Source: Chiloscyllium plagiosum
Lineage: Eukaryota
Direction: 5' to 3'
DNA: 64,000 nucleotides
NCBI RefSeq assembly: GCF_004010195.1
Contig: NC_057751.1
Coordinates: 5,932,502 to 5,996,501 of the forward strand
Shown: positions 36,961 through 50,617 of the stretch, in pieces
How positions within the stretch are numbered: the first letter of the stretch is position 1
Layout of the letters: each line of letters starts with the position of its first letter
Position numbers and translations under genes: made by a program
The notes under the pieces: model-generated
What the model was told of the DNA's origin: nothing
Databases searched by the model: none
Seen by the model: only the letters and a program-made list of their open reading frames with translations

Positions 36961-38600
36961 ATGCACATAGCAGATAAATCTATTTCTCTTAATGAACAGC
37001 ACAAGCAGCCTACAAATGATGTGTTAAATAACATGTATGCCTATTTAGGTGTTTCATATCTTTAAACTTAAGCCTGTCATGTTGCTTTAGAGTTCAGTAC
37101 AATACTGATGAATTGTAACATTACTCGGAATGGAATCCTTGAAATGCCAAACCCCAAGGCATCATCAGCCTACTCTTCTGTTTTATGGAGACATTTTATT
37201 CTCATCACAGGACTATTCTAAGAAAACTAAAAGTTCACCCAATGGTCTGGCCAAAATTTGGATTACAAAACACAAACAGGGAAGATATGCCGAACTCTTC
37301 TGAATTATTGATCAGACCCCAGCTGGAGTATTATTCCTACCATGATATGTGAGGTAATGCTGGAAAATGTGTGCATATGCAAACTGCACTCTTAGGCCAT
37401 CTTTTAACAGCACCATGTTTTGGGAACACAAACTGAATTTTTTTAACAGCTTTAAGCTGCCTACCTCATTTCTGGAGTCAAGAGCTGTTGAATGAAATGC
37501 TTTCCTTGGGTCTAATCTCTATTTATTGAGCCAGAGGGATACACTGAAAAGCATGGCCTTCCTCTCAATACCTAGGTCTCGGGAGAGATGTTAAACCACT
37601 TCATCATTGCAGAGGCTCAGAGTATTATGTTTTTTGACAGATAATGTCAGTGGTGTCTTTACAGTCCAACAGGTTTTTGTTGCACAAATCAAGCAGAAAT
37701 GTGTTCCCAAAGTGGCAACATGACATGGTGCCTTCGTAAAATCTTATCCATTATTTGAACAAAAGCTAAAGTTTTCTACATCTCAAGTGAGCAATAGTTG
37801 ATCTATTTCTGAATAGTTATTTTTCTTTTCCAAAATTCACACCCACTATAGATTCTTGAGCACAATTAGCTCTCTGCCACATTCTCAAGTGTAAGTTGTT
37901 GATTTCAGTTTGTAAACAGCAACCTCCCTCAGCACCACCCCATTAGTCACCCATATATGGTCCTCATTCTAAATTCATAAATAAGCGCTCAAGGCAGAAT
38001 GATTCACACTTCTTACACACAGGTTTATTGATAACATCACAATCAGTCCCCGGGCGACGATCCCAATTTTTTCCAGTTCCAGTTGGGACACCCAAATTAT
38101 TAACCTCCCGGGTCAGGAAGGATGGAATTGGCTGCCTTATTCATTCACCCACCCCCTCAGTTGGTCACAACAAGAGCAATTAAGAAATAATCCTTGCCCA
38201 GTGGCTTCTTCGAAATCACATCAGGTTAACCAATTTAACCAGGCTATATTGAGTTAACAAAAGTGTGATGTTCATAATTAAACACGAGACAAAGTAATAA
38301 TGCAACATCCAAGCACACACCTTCGGAATTAGAGTGGAGTTCAAAAAGAGATACAAATTAAAAGACAAGTCCCTGAGTCATTTATGAAAAGCTGGGAATT
38401 GGTTGGTACCAGCCATACTGATGTTGCCAGTTTGGCAATCGGGGAATCAAGAGTCATGGGAAAAAGGCAGAAAAGTCAATGTGAGGAAGGTCAGATTCGC
38501 CATGATCTTGTTGAATATTGGAGCAGGTTTGAAAGTCTGACTGGCCGAATGCTGTACCTGTTCCTTGTGATCTTATAGAAGTTGGATTTGAGATTCTTGA

Positions 38601-38897
38601 GGATGGCGCGGTGGCTCAATAGTTACTACCGCTGCCTCACACCATCAGGGTTCGATTCTATCCTCGGGTGATTGTGTGGAGTTTGCACATTCTCTGAGTG
38701 TGTTTTCTCTCGGTGCTCTGGTTTCCTCTCACAGTCCGAAGATGTGCAGGTGAGGTGGATTGGCCATGCTAAATTGTCCCCTAATGTCATACATGTGTAG
38801 GCTACGTGGGTTAGCCATGGGAAGTACAAGGGTAAGGGGAGGTTCAGTATGGACTTGAGGAGCCTATTGGCCTGCTTCCACACTGTAGGGATTCTAT
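38601..38897 (+). mobile_element. HE1 (V-SINE) copy
   Basis: tRNA head, V-domain and CR1-type tail; flanking repeat gattcttga 38592-38600 / 38898-38906. Confidence 0.9.
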
Positions 38898-39554
38898 GAT
38901 TCTTGACTGTGCAGGGCAGTTGAAAGTTTTTTGTCTTAGTTCTTTTTCATGAAGGCTGGCTGGCACTACTTGCAGTGAGAAAATGTCTTTTCCCTTTCTT
39001 GAACCACTTGCAGGGGTGTTCCTTTATTTTACTGCATTGCAGGGATGTTTAAAAACTGTTGTCAAGCTGTGAGCTTCACAGCACAAGAGTCCATAAACTA
39101 GTATGTCATGGCACTGACACACACAGATCACTTTTGTACATCATTCTGAGTCAGTACAACACATCTGCAGGTGATGGCTCCTTGCTGAGATGGGGCTGAG
39201 ATGAGCCTCTTGTTATCTCTTCCTTTTTGAGACTTTCTGTTTGAAGTTTATTTGACTCCATCAAGGCGTAACATTCCATGTCCACATGGGACCCTGTCAG
39301 ACAGTCACTGAATTTACTTCACTTTTTAAAAACACACAGTGGAATTAAACATACAGGGTGTCCATAAGTTATCTGGGGTTCTGATACATTGCCATGACAG
39401 CAAGCATATGAGTACATGCAAGGTCACAACCTCCCATGCCCAACTTACATGCTGCAATTAACAAGTTCAGGACACTAAAATTAAACTGTACCACATGGAT
39501 TTATAAGCCTCATTTACAGGTAGAGTCATCTCACAACTTGTGAGGGAAGTGATA

Positions 39555-39820
39555 AGTAAAGTCACCGGCGTCTTATCAGACCATGGAGCTGCTCTGTCAC
39601 TGGAGAGAGAGATGAGTGGTAGTCATCTATTGCCATAGTCTTACCAGATCATAGGACTGCTGTCTCATTACTCAGAGACAATTGGTGATAGGTTTAACCT
39701 GAAGGTCACCGTGCCTCAGGTGAGGTTAGAGGTTGAGAAGGAAGGTCACCTCAGCCTCTGCTGTTGGCATCACTCTGCACCACAAACCAGTCATTCAGCC
39801 AACTAAGCTAACTGACCTCT
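39555..39820 (-). mobile_element. tRNA-derived SINE with a duplicated 3' tail
   Basis: Reverse head ggtcagttagcttagttggctg; tail segment present twice (39557-39625, 39630-39690). Confidence 0.6.
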
Positions 39821-39829
39821 TTTGAGAAA

Positions 39830-40985
39830 AGTAATAGTTCATGGAATAAAAGAGACAAGAGCACCATGGTCACAAAATTGGTGAAGGATCAGAAACAAAG
39901 AACAATAGTTTTCCCAGGATGGAGGAAGATTTCTCCAGGGGTCAATATTGGAATCCTTGCTTTTCCTCATAGTTATAAATGATCCACATGTTGATGTGCA
40001 GGGCACTGTTTCAGCATTTGCAAACAATAAAATACCTGGAAGAATGGTAAACTTAAGGCAAACACTGCAGAAGTAAAAAATACCTTGATAAGTTAAATAT
40101 GGAGAAGTGTAGTTTGATACACTGTGGGACAAAGAACATGGAGAAACAGCGTAAAATAAAATGGAGTGCTTTTGTGTAGGATATGCAGGAGCAGAGCGTG
40201 CTGGGTTTAAATGTACATAAGTCAATAAAAGTGGTAGAACGTGTTGAGACAGCAATTAATAAAACATGTCATATTCTAAGCACAGTAAATAGCATCATAG
40301 AGCTCAAAAGCAAATAGTTTATGCTGAATGAAGAGTCTGATGAAGACATTAGCTTGCTTTCTCTCCATAGATGCTGCCAGACCTGCTGTGATCTCCAACA
40401 CGTATTTTTTTTCAGTTCATAGTTTATTCTGAACTTGAATAGTTCACTGGTTAGACAGCAGCTGGACTATCACCCAGACAGTTTTTGGAACCACACTTTA
40501 GGAAGCACATGAATGCATTGGAGAGAGTGTGGTAGAAGTTCTAGGAATGTAAAATTCATTTGTGAAGATTGATTAGACAAGTTGTGACTGTTGGAGATGA
40601 GGAGGCTGAGGGAAGATTTGATAGAAATTTTCAATATCACGACAGTCTGGACAGAGTAGAAAGGCAGAAACCATTCCCACTCATAAAATCATTGAGAACA
40701 AGTGGGCACAGTTTTAAAGTGTTTTGCTGAAGAAACAAATGTGAGGTGAGAGAAAACATTTTCACATGCCGAATACTGTGCATTTGGAATGAACTGCTGG
40801 AAGTGTGGTGCAGACATATTTAGTTGAGTCATTCAAGGAATCATTGGATTTACATAAAAGCAATTTACAGGGTTGTCAGGAAAAGGTAGAATTTTGGCAC
40901 TGAATTAAAATGTTCAATGAACCAGCACAGACATGATGAGCTGAACAGCTTCCTGCTGCACCATAAAAATGCTATGATGCTGTAA
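39830..40985 (+). mobile_element. Old CR1 LINE 3' part, with a short PLE remnant at about 40330-40420
   Basis: Degenerate PQGSILG / AFANN / RRLREDLIE motifs and CR1 tail; inserted ctgatgaag...agatgctgccagacctgctg. Confidence 0.75.
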
Positions 40986-41699
40986 CTAAAGGTCAAGTTG
41001 TGCCCTAGAACACACCATCTATCTAAAACTGGTTTTGTGTTTGTTTTTGTGACTGGGGCAATCTGATATCAACGTCAGCCGTCCATTCAAGAGCTTTGGC
41101 TGATGAGAATGAATTGTTTCAATATCACCAGAATGTCTACCTCAGTGCAAGAATTCAGTTGGAAAACTAAGTACAATAGGAGGACCAAGAGAAGGTTGCT
41201 GTCTCTTTCCTTAAGCATCAGCAACACTGACATTTAATGAACCCAAATGACGAACTCCAGATTTCAATCTTCCATGGAAAATCTGCACTACCCTCAACTG
41301 CTTGAGGACAAACCAGGGAATATGTGCCGAATAGCTCCACAAATGGTGAGGTACAGTTCAAATTGTGACTGTGATTATCCAAGTCAGGCCATTACCTGCA
41401 TAGTGAACTCCTGCAAAAGGAGGTATGTGTCAACTCAAGAGGCACTTAACTCATTATTTTCTTTCTCCGAGTATATCTCTCCTTGTGGACCAGGTAAACG
41501 ACCCTCAGTTGGGCCTCAAATTATCAACATTGACTCCCTGTCCTCTCAGTTGCAGGCAACCATGCTACTGCCCTTCCCTCCTTTGCCAAAATGGCAGGAT
41601 TGTATCTTGACATGGCTTCCCAATGTTTTACAGGAATCTCTTCCTCCTAGCTTCACTGTCAGCTCAGTAAAGCCTTGTCTGAAGTTTACAGTTTGAAAG

Positions 41700-42125
41700 A
41701 TTGAATGCTGAAGGCTTCAGTTAGCTGCAGAAACTGAGAAGTCTGCAATTGCTGTTCCTTGAGAAGAGAAAGTTAAGGTGGGACTGAATTGAAATATTGA
41801 AACTTCCAAAGCATTTTGTGTGAAATAAAAGCAAGTCGAATTTTTATTGGCATGAGAGTCTGTAATGAGATGACACAGATTTGAGATCATTGGTGGAAGA
41901 ACCAGAAGGGAATTAAGAGATTGTATTTTCATGCAGCATGTCACAATGTTCTGGAATGGTCTGAAAGAGCAATCGGAGCAGATCCAATTATAACTTTCAA
42001 AAGAGAGTTCGATGTATACTTGAAATGAAGACTGGAATAAGATTAATTCAGTAGCTTTATCAAAGATCTCACAGGCAAAAACAGTGAATGGTTACCTTTT
42101 GAACAATTCTATGATAATACAAGAT
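41700..42125 (+). mobile_element. Old CR1 3' fragment
   Basis: ttccttgagaagagaaagttaaggtgggactg...aactttcaaaagagagttcgatgtatacttga. Confidence 0.6.
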
Positions 42126-43119
42126 TTTGATTGAATTTAGATATGTCTCAAACTCAGAGTCAGCTTTGATCTGTAAGATGATACCAACTAAAGAGTATGT
42201 TTGTCATTCACTAAGCTTTCATCCTATACAAAGCCATATCTGCAACACAAGTTTTAGTGAACTCGAAGAAATAAGCTTTAATATGTTACTGGAAATTAGC
42301 AGACCTCTCAGTATGGCTTCCACTAGCTCAAGTGTGGGAAATGGTATTGTCTGAATCCACAGAAGGGTATGAACAGAGATGGACCAATTCATCAAAGTTA
42401 TAGAAAATTGTCTTTTTTCATCAAGACCACCAGCCCTGCAATAATCTTCTGAATACATTCACCAAATGGTGTGGCACTGGCGAGTTGATTTCAGGTTGGA
42501 ATTCTGGTCTGTGTCCAGTGAGTTGATATCAGCCAGGACAGCAGTGGTTTCTTGATGAATGAGGGAGGATGGAAATAAAAATGTCCTTTTATTTTCCAGG
42601 CTTGAGTGACATTCATTAGCTTTTTTTCCTGAAAGGTACACATTTGTTCTTGTGGCTGAAGATCGAGCAGCTTGTTGGCACAGATACGCACAGAAAAGTG
42701 GCAAAGGTTAGGGCAAGTTCAAAAGGTTACACTTAAAAGATCTAGCTGGTATTTGGTGGTCTGCTCATCAGAGAATGGAAAAAAATTATAAGAGCAAATG
42801 TTTTTGATTCACAAAGTGTGAAATTATAAATTCACACTGATTTTTAACTCCTAATGATTGAATTTGTTCATTTCCAGTTCCATCCTGAAGTCACTATCAT
42901 GAGGTTATCATCTCCATTTAAACATGGACCTTCCTGCTTCCAGAAGATCATGAAGCTTCTGTTGAACTGTCACATGTCTTGGAAGCTTTGACTTACTTTT
43001 CCCTCTTCCAAACTGACTCATTTTCTTTACAACAAAGGAAATCAGTAAGGGATTCTCCAGAGTCTGTGGGATAGTAAACTGCTTTATTAAGGCAGCAATT
43101 GAAAGAAATGCCTTGATTT

Positions 43120-43490
43120 TTTTCCGTGCCTTTTAAGGGGTCAGGATGTCCCAATGCATTGTAAAAGCAATGAAGTACTTTTGACTTGGAACCACTGATG
43201 GATTTTTGTACTGTTTTTATGCAACAAGCTCCCACAGTTGGAAATGTGTTATTGATTGAATAGTTCATTTTCAGTATTGTTCCTCGAGAGGAAAATATTG
43301 ATCTGGACACCGGGTGGATCTCCCTTTCTTGATCACACAATAGTGCAGCAGGATCTTTTGTGTCCTCTTGTGAGGGCAGGCTTTTAATCATCTTATCAGA
43401 AAGAAATATCTGGTGCTCAAGTCTCTGGCAGGGAACCAACAACCACAAGCCACTGACTGACAGGCAAAAGCCATTAATCCATGGGATGCA
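43120..43490 (-). mobile_element. Deu-domain SINE
   Basis: Reverse tail (tcaggatgtcccaatgc...caatgaagtacttttga), Deu core, and gtgctcaagtctctgg near the head. Confidence 0.7.
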
Positions 43491-45294
43491 CAATCTATCA
43501 GCAAGCTGTTAGGACGTGCTCTCACTGTTTGTTACCTACTAAGTTTCTTTAATGCTGAAATCCTAATTTTGTTTTCTGCTTGGGTCGGTTGGACAGGTAC
43601 TGAAATCGGATAGAGATCAGAAGGAAATGCCTGGCATTAAATTTTTTGCATTGTTTTGAATTGCTGTGTATGAATTTGTACATGCAATGCATCAAAGACA
43701 ACACATACACTTCAAAACTGTCTAAGCGCATTTTTAAAATTAAAATATCCTAACTCTGCAGCTATGCTCTTGTAATTGAGCACTGTGTTTGCATTGTGAT
43801 GAAGTGACTTGTAAGAAAAAAAATTGAAACAAAATACAGTGTCGCAGCTCTCATCTCTTACATCTTTAAGACTCTCCCCAATCCCCAACTATGTCGTCTC
43901 ATGCACACACCATTCCCCATAACTTCCTGGCCAGTCAGGGTCTGGGACAGGATGGGGAGGGGTTTACATTAGAGCCCAGGACATGAGACCTGCTGTGCTT
44001 AGGTCAAGGTCCAAGGCAAGGCCAGGGGCTTAGACCGTGAATAGCACTGGGCCCATGATTTCTGTTCCTGCCCCGATGCCATCCTCGGCCCTTCCAGCCA
44101 TCCTGTCGTGGCATTTTAGGGGCCCAATTCCAGCTTAGTGAGAAATCATGTTTATACCTGCTCCCCCACCAATCATCCCTTGTCTTTAGATACTTTATGT
44201 CAACTCACCCAAATCCTCAGGAAAACATGAAAAGCCATGTTGAGATGAAATAAACCAGTTTCTAAATATCTATTGCAGTTTTTATTTTTAACAATAACAC
44301 TCTCATCCAGAAAGACCCAATTAAATGCTTGAAAGTTTGTTTCACTAATCTTATCCCTCGTAAAAGCAGGCATTTGAATTCTTAGCCCTCAAACATCCTA
44401 CGACCACATGGAGCTATCAATCAAACTGCCAACTGACTGTGTGATAATGATAGATTGTGGAATCAGACATGGGGCAACAATCCTCTCATCAAAGGTTGTG
44501 TCAACAGAAGGAGTGAAATAGCAAACATTGATTTTGTTTAAACTGTAAACTGTTATCTTCATAAATTTAAAGGATATGAAATAAAGTGCCATGCAGAACA
44601 TTATAGTTCCAAGTAGTTTGTCCACATATTATGCACATTTGTGTCTGTATTGACCACTCCTAAAAGGCATTTTCTCTTCCCCCAAACCCGATCCAAAAGG
44701 GTACCCCAGTTCTATCAGGAGTTCTGGTAAGTTTAGAATTGCTCCTGAAGAATGAGTCACATTTCAGACATTTTAGTAATGGAAATCACATCTGACTGCA
44801 GGCAATTCCATCTTTACAAGTGCAGCTGATTCCCTGAGTTTTGGACATGAAAGTAACAATATGCCTCCAATCCAAACCCCTGGTCAAAATGGTGATTGCT
44901 GCTTTTGGCAGGTGGACATCTGGACTCAAAGCTCTGGCTCCATTTTGGCAAAGCCAGGAGAGCTTGCCAGTCCAAGTGTAATTGCAGGCCTAAATACTTT
45001 AAATTAAATTATTGCATTTGCATGTCAGAATGCCTTTCTTTTTATCTTGGTTGCATGTTTGTGATGGGAAGCTTATTGCACCATTGAGGTGTCCATGCAT
45101 TAGTTGATAGTACTTTGAAATGAATTTTGAAGCCTGTTTAGTCATATTTCTTCCTTGCACAATTCTGCATGTGTGGCACCTATTTATTGTTTTATGTCCA
45201 GTCTATCTCATATTTCCTTTCAGTCTTTCCCCATGAGATTTTCATATTGACTATCACCTTGTTGTCATTTGACAGTGTATCTTTCAAGTCACCA

Positions 45295-45700
45295 TGAGCA
45301 ACAGGAATAGGGGGAGGCCATTAGTTTCTTGAACCTTAACCAACCTTCACTGAGTCAATATCTGATCTCAGACTCAGCTATAAATTACCAGTCTTTCCAC
45401 AAGTTCCTAAGACCTTTGGTTATCAAGATATATCGATCTCAAATTTAAAATGAATAATTAATGTACCAAACATTCCTATTTGTGGAAATGATTTCTGTCC
45501 CTCTACCATTCCTTGTCTGTTGAAATGCTTCCTGGATTCAATCCTGAATCATCTACTTCTAATATTTAGAATACACCCTCTGAGTCCAACATTCCCCCAA
45601 CCAGCAGAAATGATTTCTCTGTATCTACCTTATCCATTCGTAATGTCTGAAGAACTTATGCAATATCAGCCCATAACCTTCAAATTTTCTGAGGCTACAA
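45295..45700 (-). mobile_element. Old CR1 3' fragment
   Basis: Reverse CR1 tail (aacaggaatagggggaggccatt) and 3' UTR. Confidence 0.6.
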
Positions 45701-46089
45701 TTCAGTATGACGTCACAAGATCAGAAATTGCTCAGGAGGTCAGGCGACACCTCTGGAGAAAGAAACACAGTTAACATTTCAGTTTGATTAGCTTGTATCA
45801 AAACTAATTTGTGCCAACTCCGGTGATAATTCAGCTCTTGGAACTGAGAGGCAATCATGATAAATCTACCATGCAGCCAGAGTCGACTGGAAAATACTTG
45901 CTTCTCTCCATTTGGAATCGGAATGAAGGAGCTTGGATCTGAGGGGTTATTGCCCTCTCATTGTTCTTGCTTTTTGAGCACAATTGGAAATCTGTGGAAA
46001 TTTTCTGCAAATGCATTAACCAGTCCACAACCAAAGGAAATAGCTGAGTTATTTCTCTTGTGTCCTTACACCCAAAGAACGATTTTATT

Positions 46090-46420
46090 TTGAAGTTTAG
46101 TGCTTTACTGTGCGATGATTAATTAAAATTATTTGGTGAAACTAATGAGATTTTGCCGACAAACCTGTCACAATTCATAACTTTTAAAGAGCCACGACTT
46201 CACAAGAACTTGTCTTGCTTTTGTGGTTCCAAAGTATTTTAAATGCAAGAGTAGGAGTACAAAGAAAATTTCTTTGAGAAACTAATGCTCGTGGCTTTAT
46301 TGTTGACAGTTGTTAAATCAAATGAAAAGCTTTCATTAAAATCATTTCAGAAGCTTTTTCTTTTAATGAGCAGCACCCACGGAGCTGTTTAAAATAAATC
46401 TCTGTTTTTTTTGAGTCTCC
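46090..46420. promoter_or_regulatory. Candidate Pbx-Hox/Meis enhancer
   Basis: TGATTAAT 46116-46123, CTGTCA 46165-46170, TGACAG 46304-46309, TTTATTG and TAAATCA in sequence with no recognised repeat. Confidence 0.4.
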
Positions 46421-46479
46421 TTCCCCTGTTACAAGACACATACATCAGTGGGTAGTGTGAAACTTTTCAGGATGCAGAC

Positions 46480-46632
46480 GATTCTCTTTCATTTTTCTCT
46501 CTATCCTCTGCTTTCTTTCTGTTTTTCTTTCATTTCTCTCATTTGCTCACCCCTCACCTCTCCTTTATGTCTAATTTTTCCTTTCCTCCTCATCTTTTTT
46601 ATTCCCATTTTCCTTCTTTGATTATCTCCCCT
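46480..46632 (+). repeat. Polypyrimidine low-complexity tract
   Basis: About 150 bp, overwhelmingly C/T. Confidence 0.8.
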
Positions 46633-47519
46633 TGCTGACACCAGGAATGGCTGTGGGAGATAATGGGTGTGAAAGCTGGTGCTCTTTTGCACAGAATTCA
46701 CTGAGGGTTCTTTTTCCTTCTCGAAGGAATAACACAAGCTGACAGTCCAAAGAATCATCTTGAGAATGGTTCCTTCACAGTGACTGAAGAGGATGAAAAA
46801 TAAATGTAGTGTAAGGACAGACCAAAACATACCACTTTAATGTTAATGCCGTGAGTGTTGAACAAAATATGCGTGAGGTGATACATTGTGGAAAGATGTG
46901 CAATAACAGAAATAGACAGCAGTGTTTAACACCAAACACATTAATGTTACATTCAGAGTTTCCATGAAATGTGCAAAAAATAATAGCTTTCAATTTCCAT
47001 TTTAAATCTGAATATGATTTCAATTTCAGTCTGGCACTAAGTTCACACCTCCCTGTAATACCGCCGTACTGCCAGATGAAGGCAGTAGAAACTAAGGAAC
47101 AGTTCATTCAAGGTTATGAGTGGATCGAGAGATCTATCAGACCCCACCTCGCAATGAAGCCATACATTTCTCTCTTCACAAATGTGAATCAAAGAAAGAT
47201 ATTCGTAGAAATACGAAATGATGCGCTGAAGGAAGTGTGGAAAAAGTATTTGAGTGTGCGGGGGATTCTTGATGGGGTCTGATCGCTGCCTGTTTTATAT
47301 GCCACGTAATTTTATTGTCAAAATATGAAGTGTTAAAAGGATTAAGACTCCGTTATGTGAAGTTTAGCGTGTTATTATTTAACTCATGACTGTTTCTAAA
47401 ATGAGTATCACGTAGAATTACATCCTCAATGGATTAAAATTTACTCTGGTAACTGGCAACAGCATCTGAGTTAAATTTGCATGACAGGGAAGTAAACTTT
47501 TGAGTTTGCGTAACACTAA

Positions 47520-47870
47520 ATAAGTCATATAATGTATTCTTAGTGCTGTTGCAGGGCACAAAGCATTTCACAACTAATTCGTTATTTGTGATGCGTTGTT
47601 ACTCTTGTCACGTGAGAAAACATCGTAGCCAATGTGCACACAGCAAGGTCCTGCAAAGAAGCATAATAATGGTTAATTTACGTTGGAGATGTTTAATGAG
47701 ACTGACCAGGAAGATCAGATTGCTCTCTTGCTCTTCTTTGAGAAGTGCCACATTATCTTTGAAAGTGACCTGAAAATGCAAAGTTTTGTTTCAAATATTT
47801 CACCCGAAAAACAATCATGTTGATAATGCAGCACTCTCGCAGTATTCCACTGGGTCAATTATGTTCAGAA
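47520..47870 (-). mobile_element. Deu-domain SINE
   Basis: gccaatgtgcacacagcaaggtcc; ctcttctttgagaagtgcca; gcagcactctcgcagtattccactg. Confidence 0.7.
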
Positions 47871-48559
47871 CCATTGCAGACGGTGGTTTCCTATGTTGAA
47901 ATGTTTGATAAATCTTGCAAGGCTTTTGTGGTTATTAGTAACAGGATGCATTCGCAGAATGGTTGCAGCAACCTGGACCTGTTGCTGGAGGAGATGAGCA
48001 GCAGACCATGACAATCTCACGTGTTGAAGATTGCACACTGCATCAAATACTTTGAACCGTAGAAATTGCATGAGATGATCTGATGTGCACGGTGAATCGC
48101 TTCGTTAGCTGCAAACTCTGAACCAGATGTCCCCTTTCAGATAATCGAAGAACAAATTGTTATAGCTGCACGTTACAAATTTTTTTATAGAAACTGTGGA
48201 ACCATATTGTTTTCTCTAAGACGAAGGCATTCAGACATGAATGAAATAAAGAACTTGTGTTTATATTTTCTCCTTCACGACCTGAGGTGGTACCCGGGCT
48301 CATTGGAAATTGGATCATTGTTGTGATTGTAAGAAACGCAGCGGATGGTTTTTTCCCCCTTTCTCCTGCAGGAATGCATATCAATAGTAACCTCATGGCC
48401 ATCTCCATTCAAGACAATGCTTTCCTCATACCCATTCCAGCAGGAATCAACAAACTCTAATTTTCCCTCTCTACCCCAGGTCTAATTGTCACATGAGTGT
48501 TGCTGATGCCTGAGAGTGACATTGCAATGGAGGAGTTTTTGGGAACAGGATTGGTCCAT

Positions 48560-48960
48560 GAGAGAGTAAGTAGGAGGAACAGGAATGGACCATACCATAC
48601 CTTGAATTTGTTTCACTGTCCATTGCAATTGTGGCTGATTGTCATCAGCACCACTTTCCTGCCTGATCCACATGTTTCTTTATGTCTCAAGAAGCCAATA
48701 ATCTATCCATGTCATCCTTGCATATACTGAATGGTAGAATATCCCACAATTGTCTTGGTGAGAGAATACCAAAGGTTCACAACCCCAGATGTGAAAAAAA
48801 TGTTTCTTCATCCCAGTCCTAAATCAGTGACCTCTGATCTTGTAAATTTGCCTCCATGTTTTAGGTTCCTAGCTTGAGGAAACAACCCCTCAGCTCCTTC
48901 ACAAACTTGTTCATTTCAGTTAGGTAACTTGTCATTCTCCAAAACTATATAAATGTTGTT
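48560..48960 (-). mobile_element. Old CR1 3' fragment
   Basis: Reverse CR1 3' UTR (gagagaataccaaaggttcacaaccc...gtgaaaaaaatgtttcttcatc). Confidence 0.7.
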
Positions 48961-50617
48961 TGTTCTTTGAAGAAATACTCTGCTTTTCTATTTTTATCAT
49001 CCCAAAATTGCAAAGAGGTATATTGAACATATGCCACTTACAGCTGGATCTGCTATAGCGCCTCAATCCAATTCAGTCATGTATTTACTTTTTCTTAATC
49101 CTACCTTATGTTTCTTGTCAATTGCAATCCTCTCTTGTATTCGATAAAGTAGGACTTGCGAGAAACAACAAAGATTCTAAAACCGTTAGCTGCAGTTACT
49201 CAAAGCCAGACTTTACAACTTGGAATCCTTCATCAAAGAATGATTCAAATCTGACAACAATCTACGCAGTTTATTCCTGTTGAAACACGTTTGATACTCT
49301 CGCTGACAGTAGGGTTTCAGTGGCATGGGACAGGGAGCACTGTTATTAAATTACTGAGAACAATAACAAGATCTACTCAGTGTTTTCAGATTTAATAAAT
49401 GAAGTGGGAGAATCTGGTTATTTATGAAGACATATTCTGATTTCACAATGTTCATTGTGGGATTGCATCCGCTAATTCCTTCAAACTCCACATTGGTTCA
49501 CATTTCTCTTGAGGTCTGTCTTTCATTGCTTGAGGCATATTTGTAGAGCAATGCTTAATAACAAAATCACAACATATCACTATTTGTGAAATGTTGGCTG
49601 AACCTCTGTTAATCCTTTGCAAGATTACCAGGAATTATTCCAGCTCAAACTAACCTGACAGAAATTCCCCAGAAACACGTTATTGATTGACCGGCAGAAC
49701 AAACATTACCTCTCAATCGCACTTCTATCTTGCACCATGTTGCAGAGCTAAATGTCATGCATAATCAACACAGACTGATTCAAAATGTTAAATGTGCACT
49801 TTTTTCTTTAGCCCACTCACCTTTTGCTGTTCACCTCATCTGTTAGGGTGACACAATGTTCCTGGAGTTAAGCAAGCAACTTATGCTTGAGCAGATTTTG
49901 CACTTTTACCATGTATGTGACTGCCTTGGGATGCAAAACAGATATATTCAAATAACAGGGGTGATGACGCTTGCTAAATTTTGAGAATAAAAACTAGCAG
50001 ATGATTTCCATGAATTTGTTATCATCACAAACAAGGGTATACATGAGCTGTGTTCAATTCTCATTTACACAGCACAAAGGGAACCCTTTGCTACCTTATT
50101 GTTATTTATTCCCAACAAACCATAGAGAAATGAAGAATGGCTAGTTAGAGGTAGTCCTATATGAAGAGTGCTTTGCAGTGTGAAGAATACTTACTCATGA
50201 TTTTACAGCATTAACTGCGTAACTTCTCTTCCATGGTACATTGTAGAAATATTACAGAAAGGGAAAGGAAATCAAATCAAGCCAATGGGGAATATAATGT
50301 TATCTCTAAGTTAGTGAATCATCTTCTATTGCTTGAATTTGTCTTACATCCTTCAAATCTCAGTCTGTGTTCTGAAATTTTCTGCACTGAATTCATTATC
50401 AAAGTGCGAGATGATGTGTTTTGTTGGAAGTTATACTTTGCTATACTGTACTCAAATAGATTGTGTTATATTTACGATCATAGTCCCAGATTATCTGTGG
50501 ACATATTAAACTTGAATTTCAATATGTGTTCTTTTTCAAATCAAACTGATTCAGCCAAAATAAGTGCAGATGTCAATTCAGCTCCTCTCTGGAGAAAGAT
50601 AGAGCCTGGAATGTCCC

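Noticed and set aside
38050..39399. Possible old LTR-like element ending in catgaca
   Set aside because: Left terminus and TSD could not be identified, and there is no second copy in the window.
41247..41696. 149-aa ATG ORF
   Set aside because: No recognisable homology or splice context.
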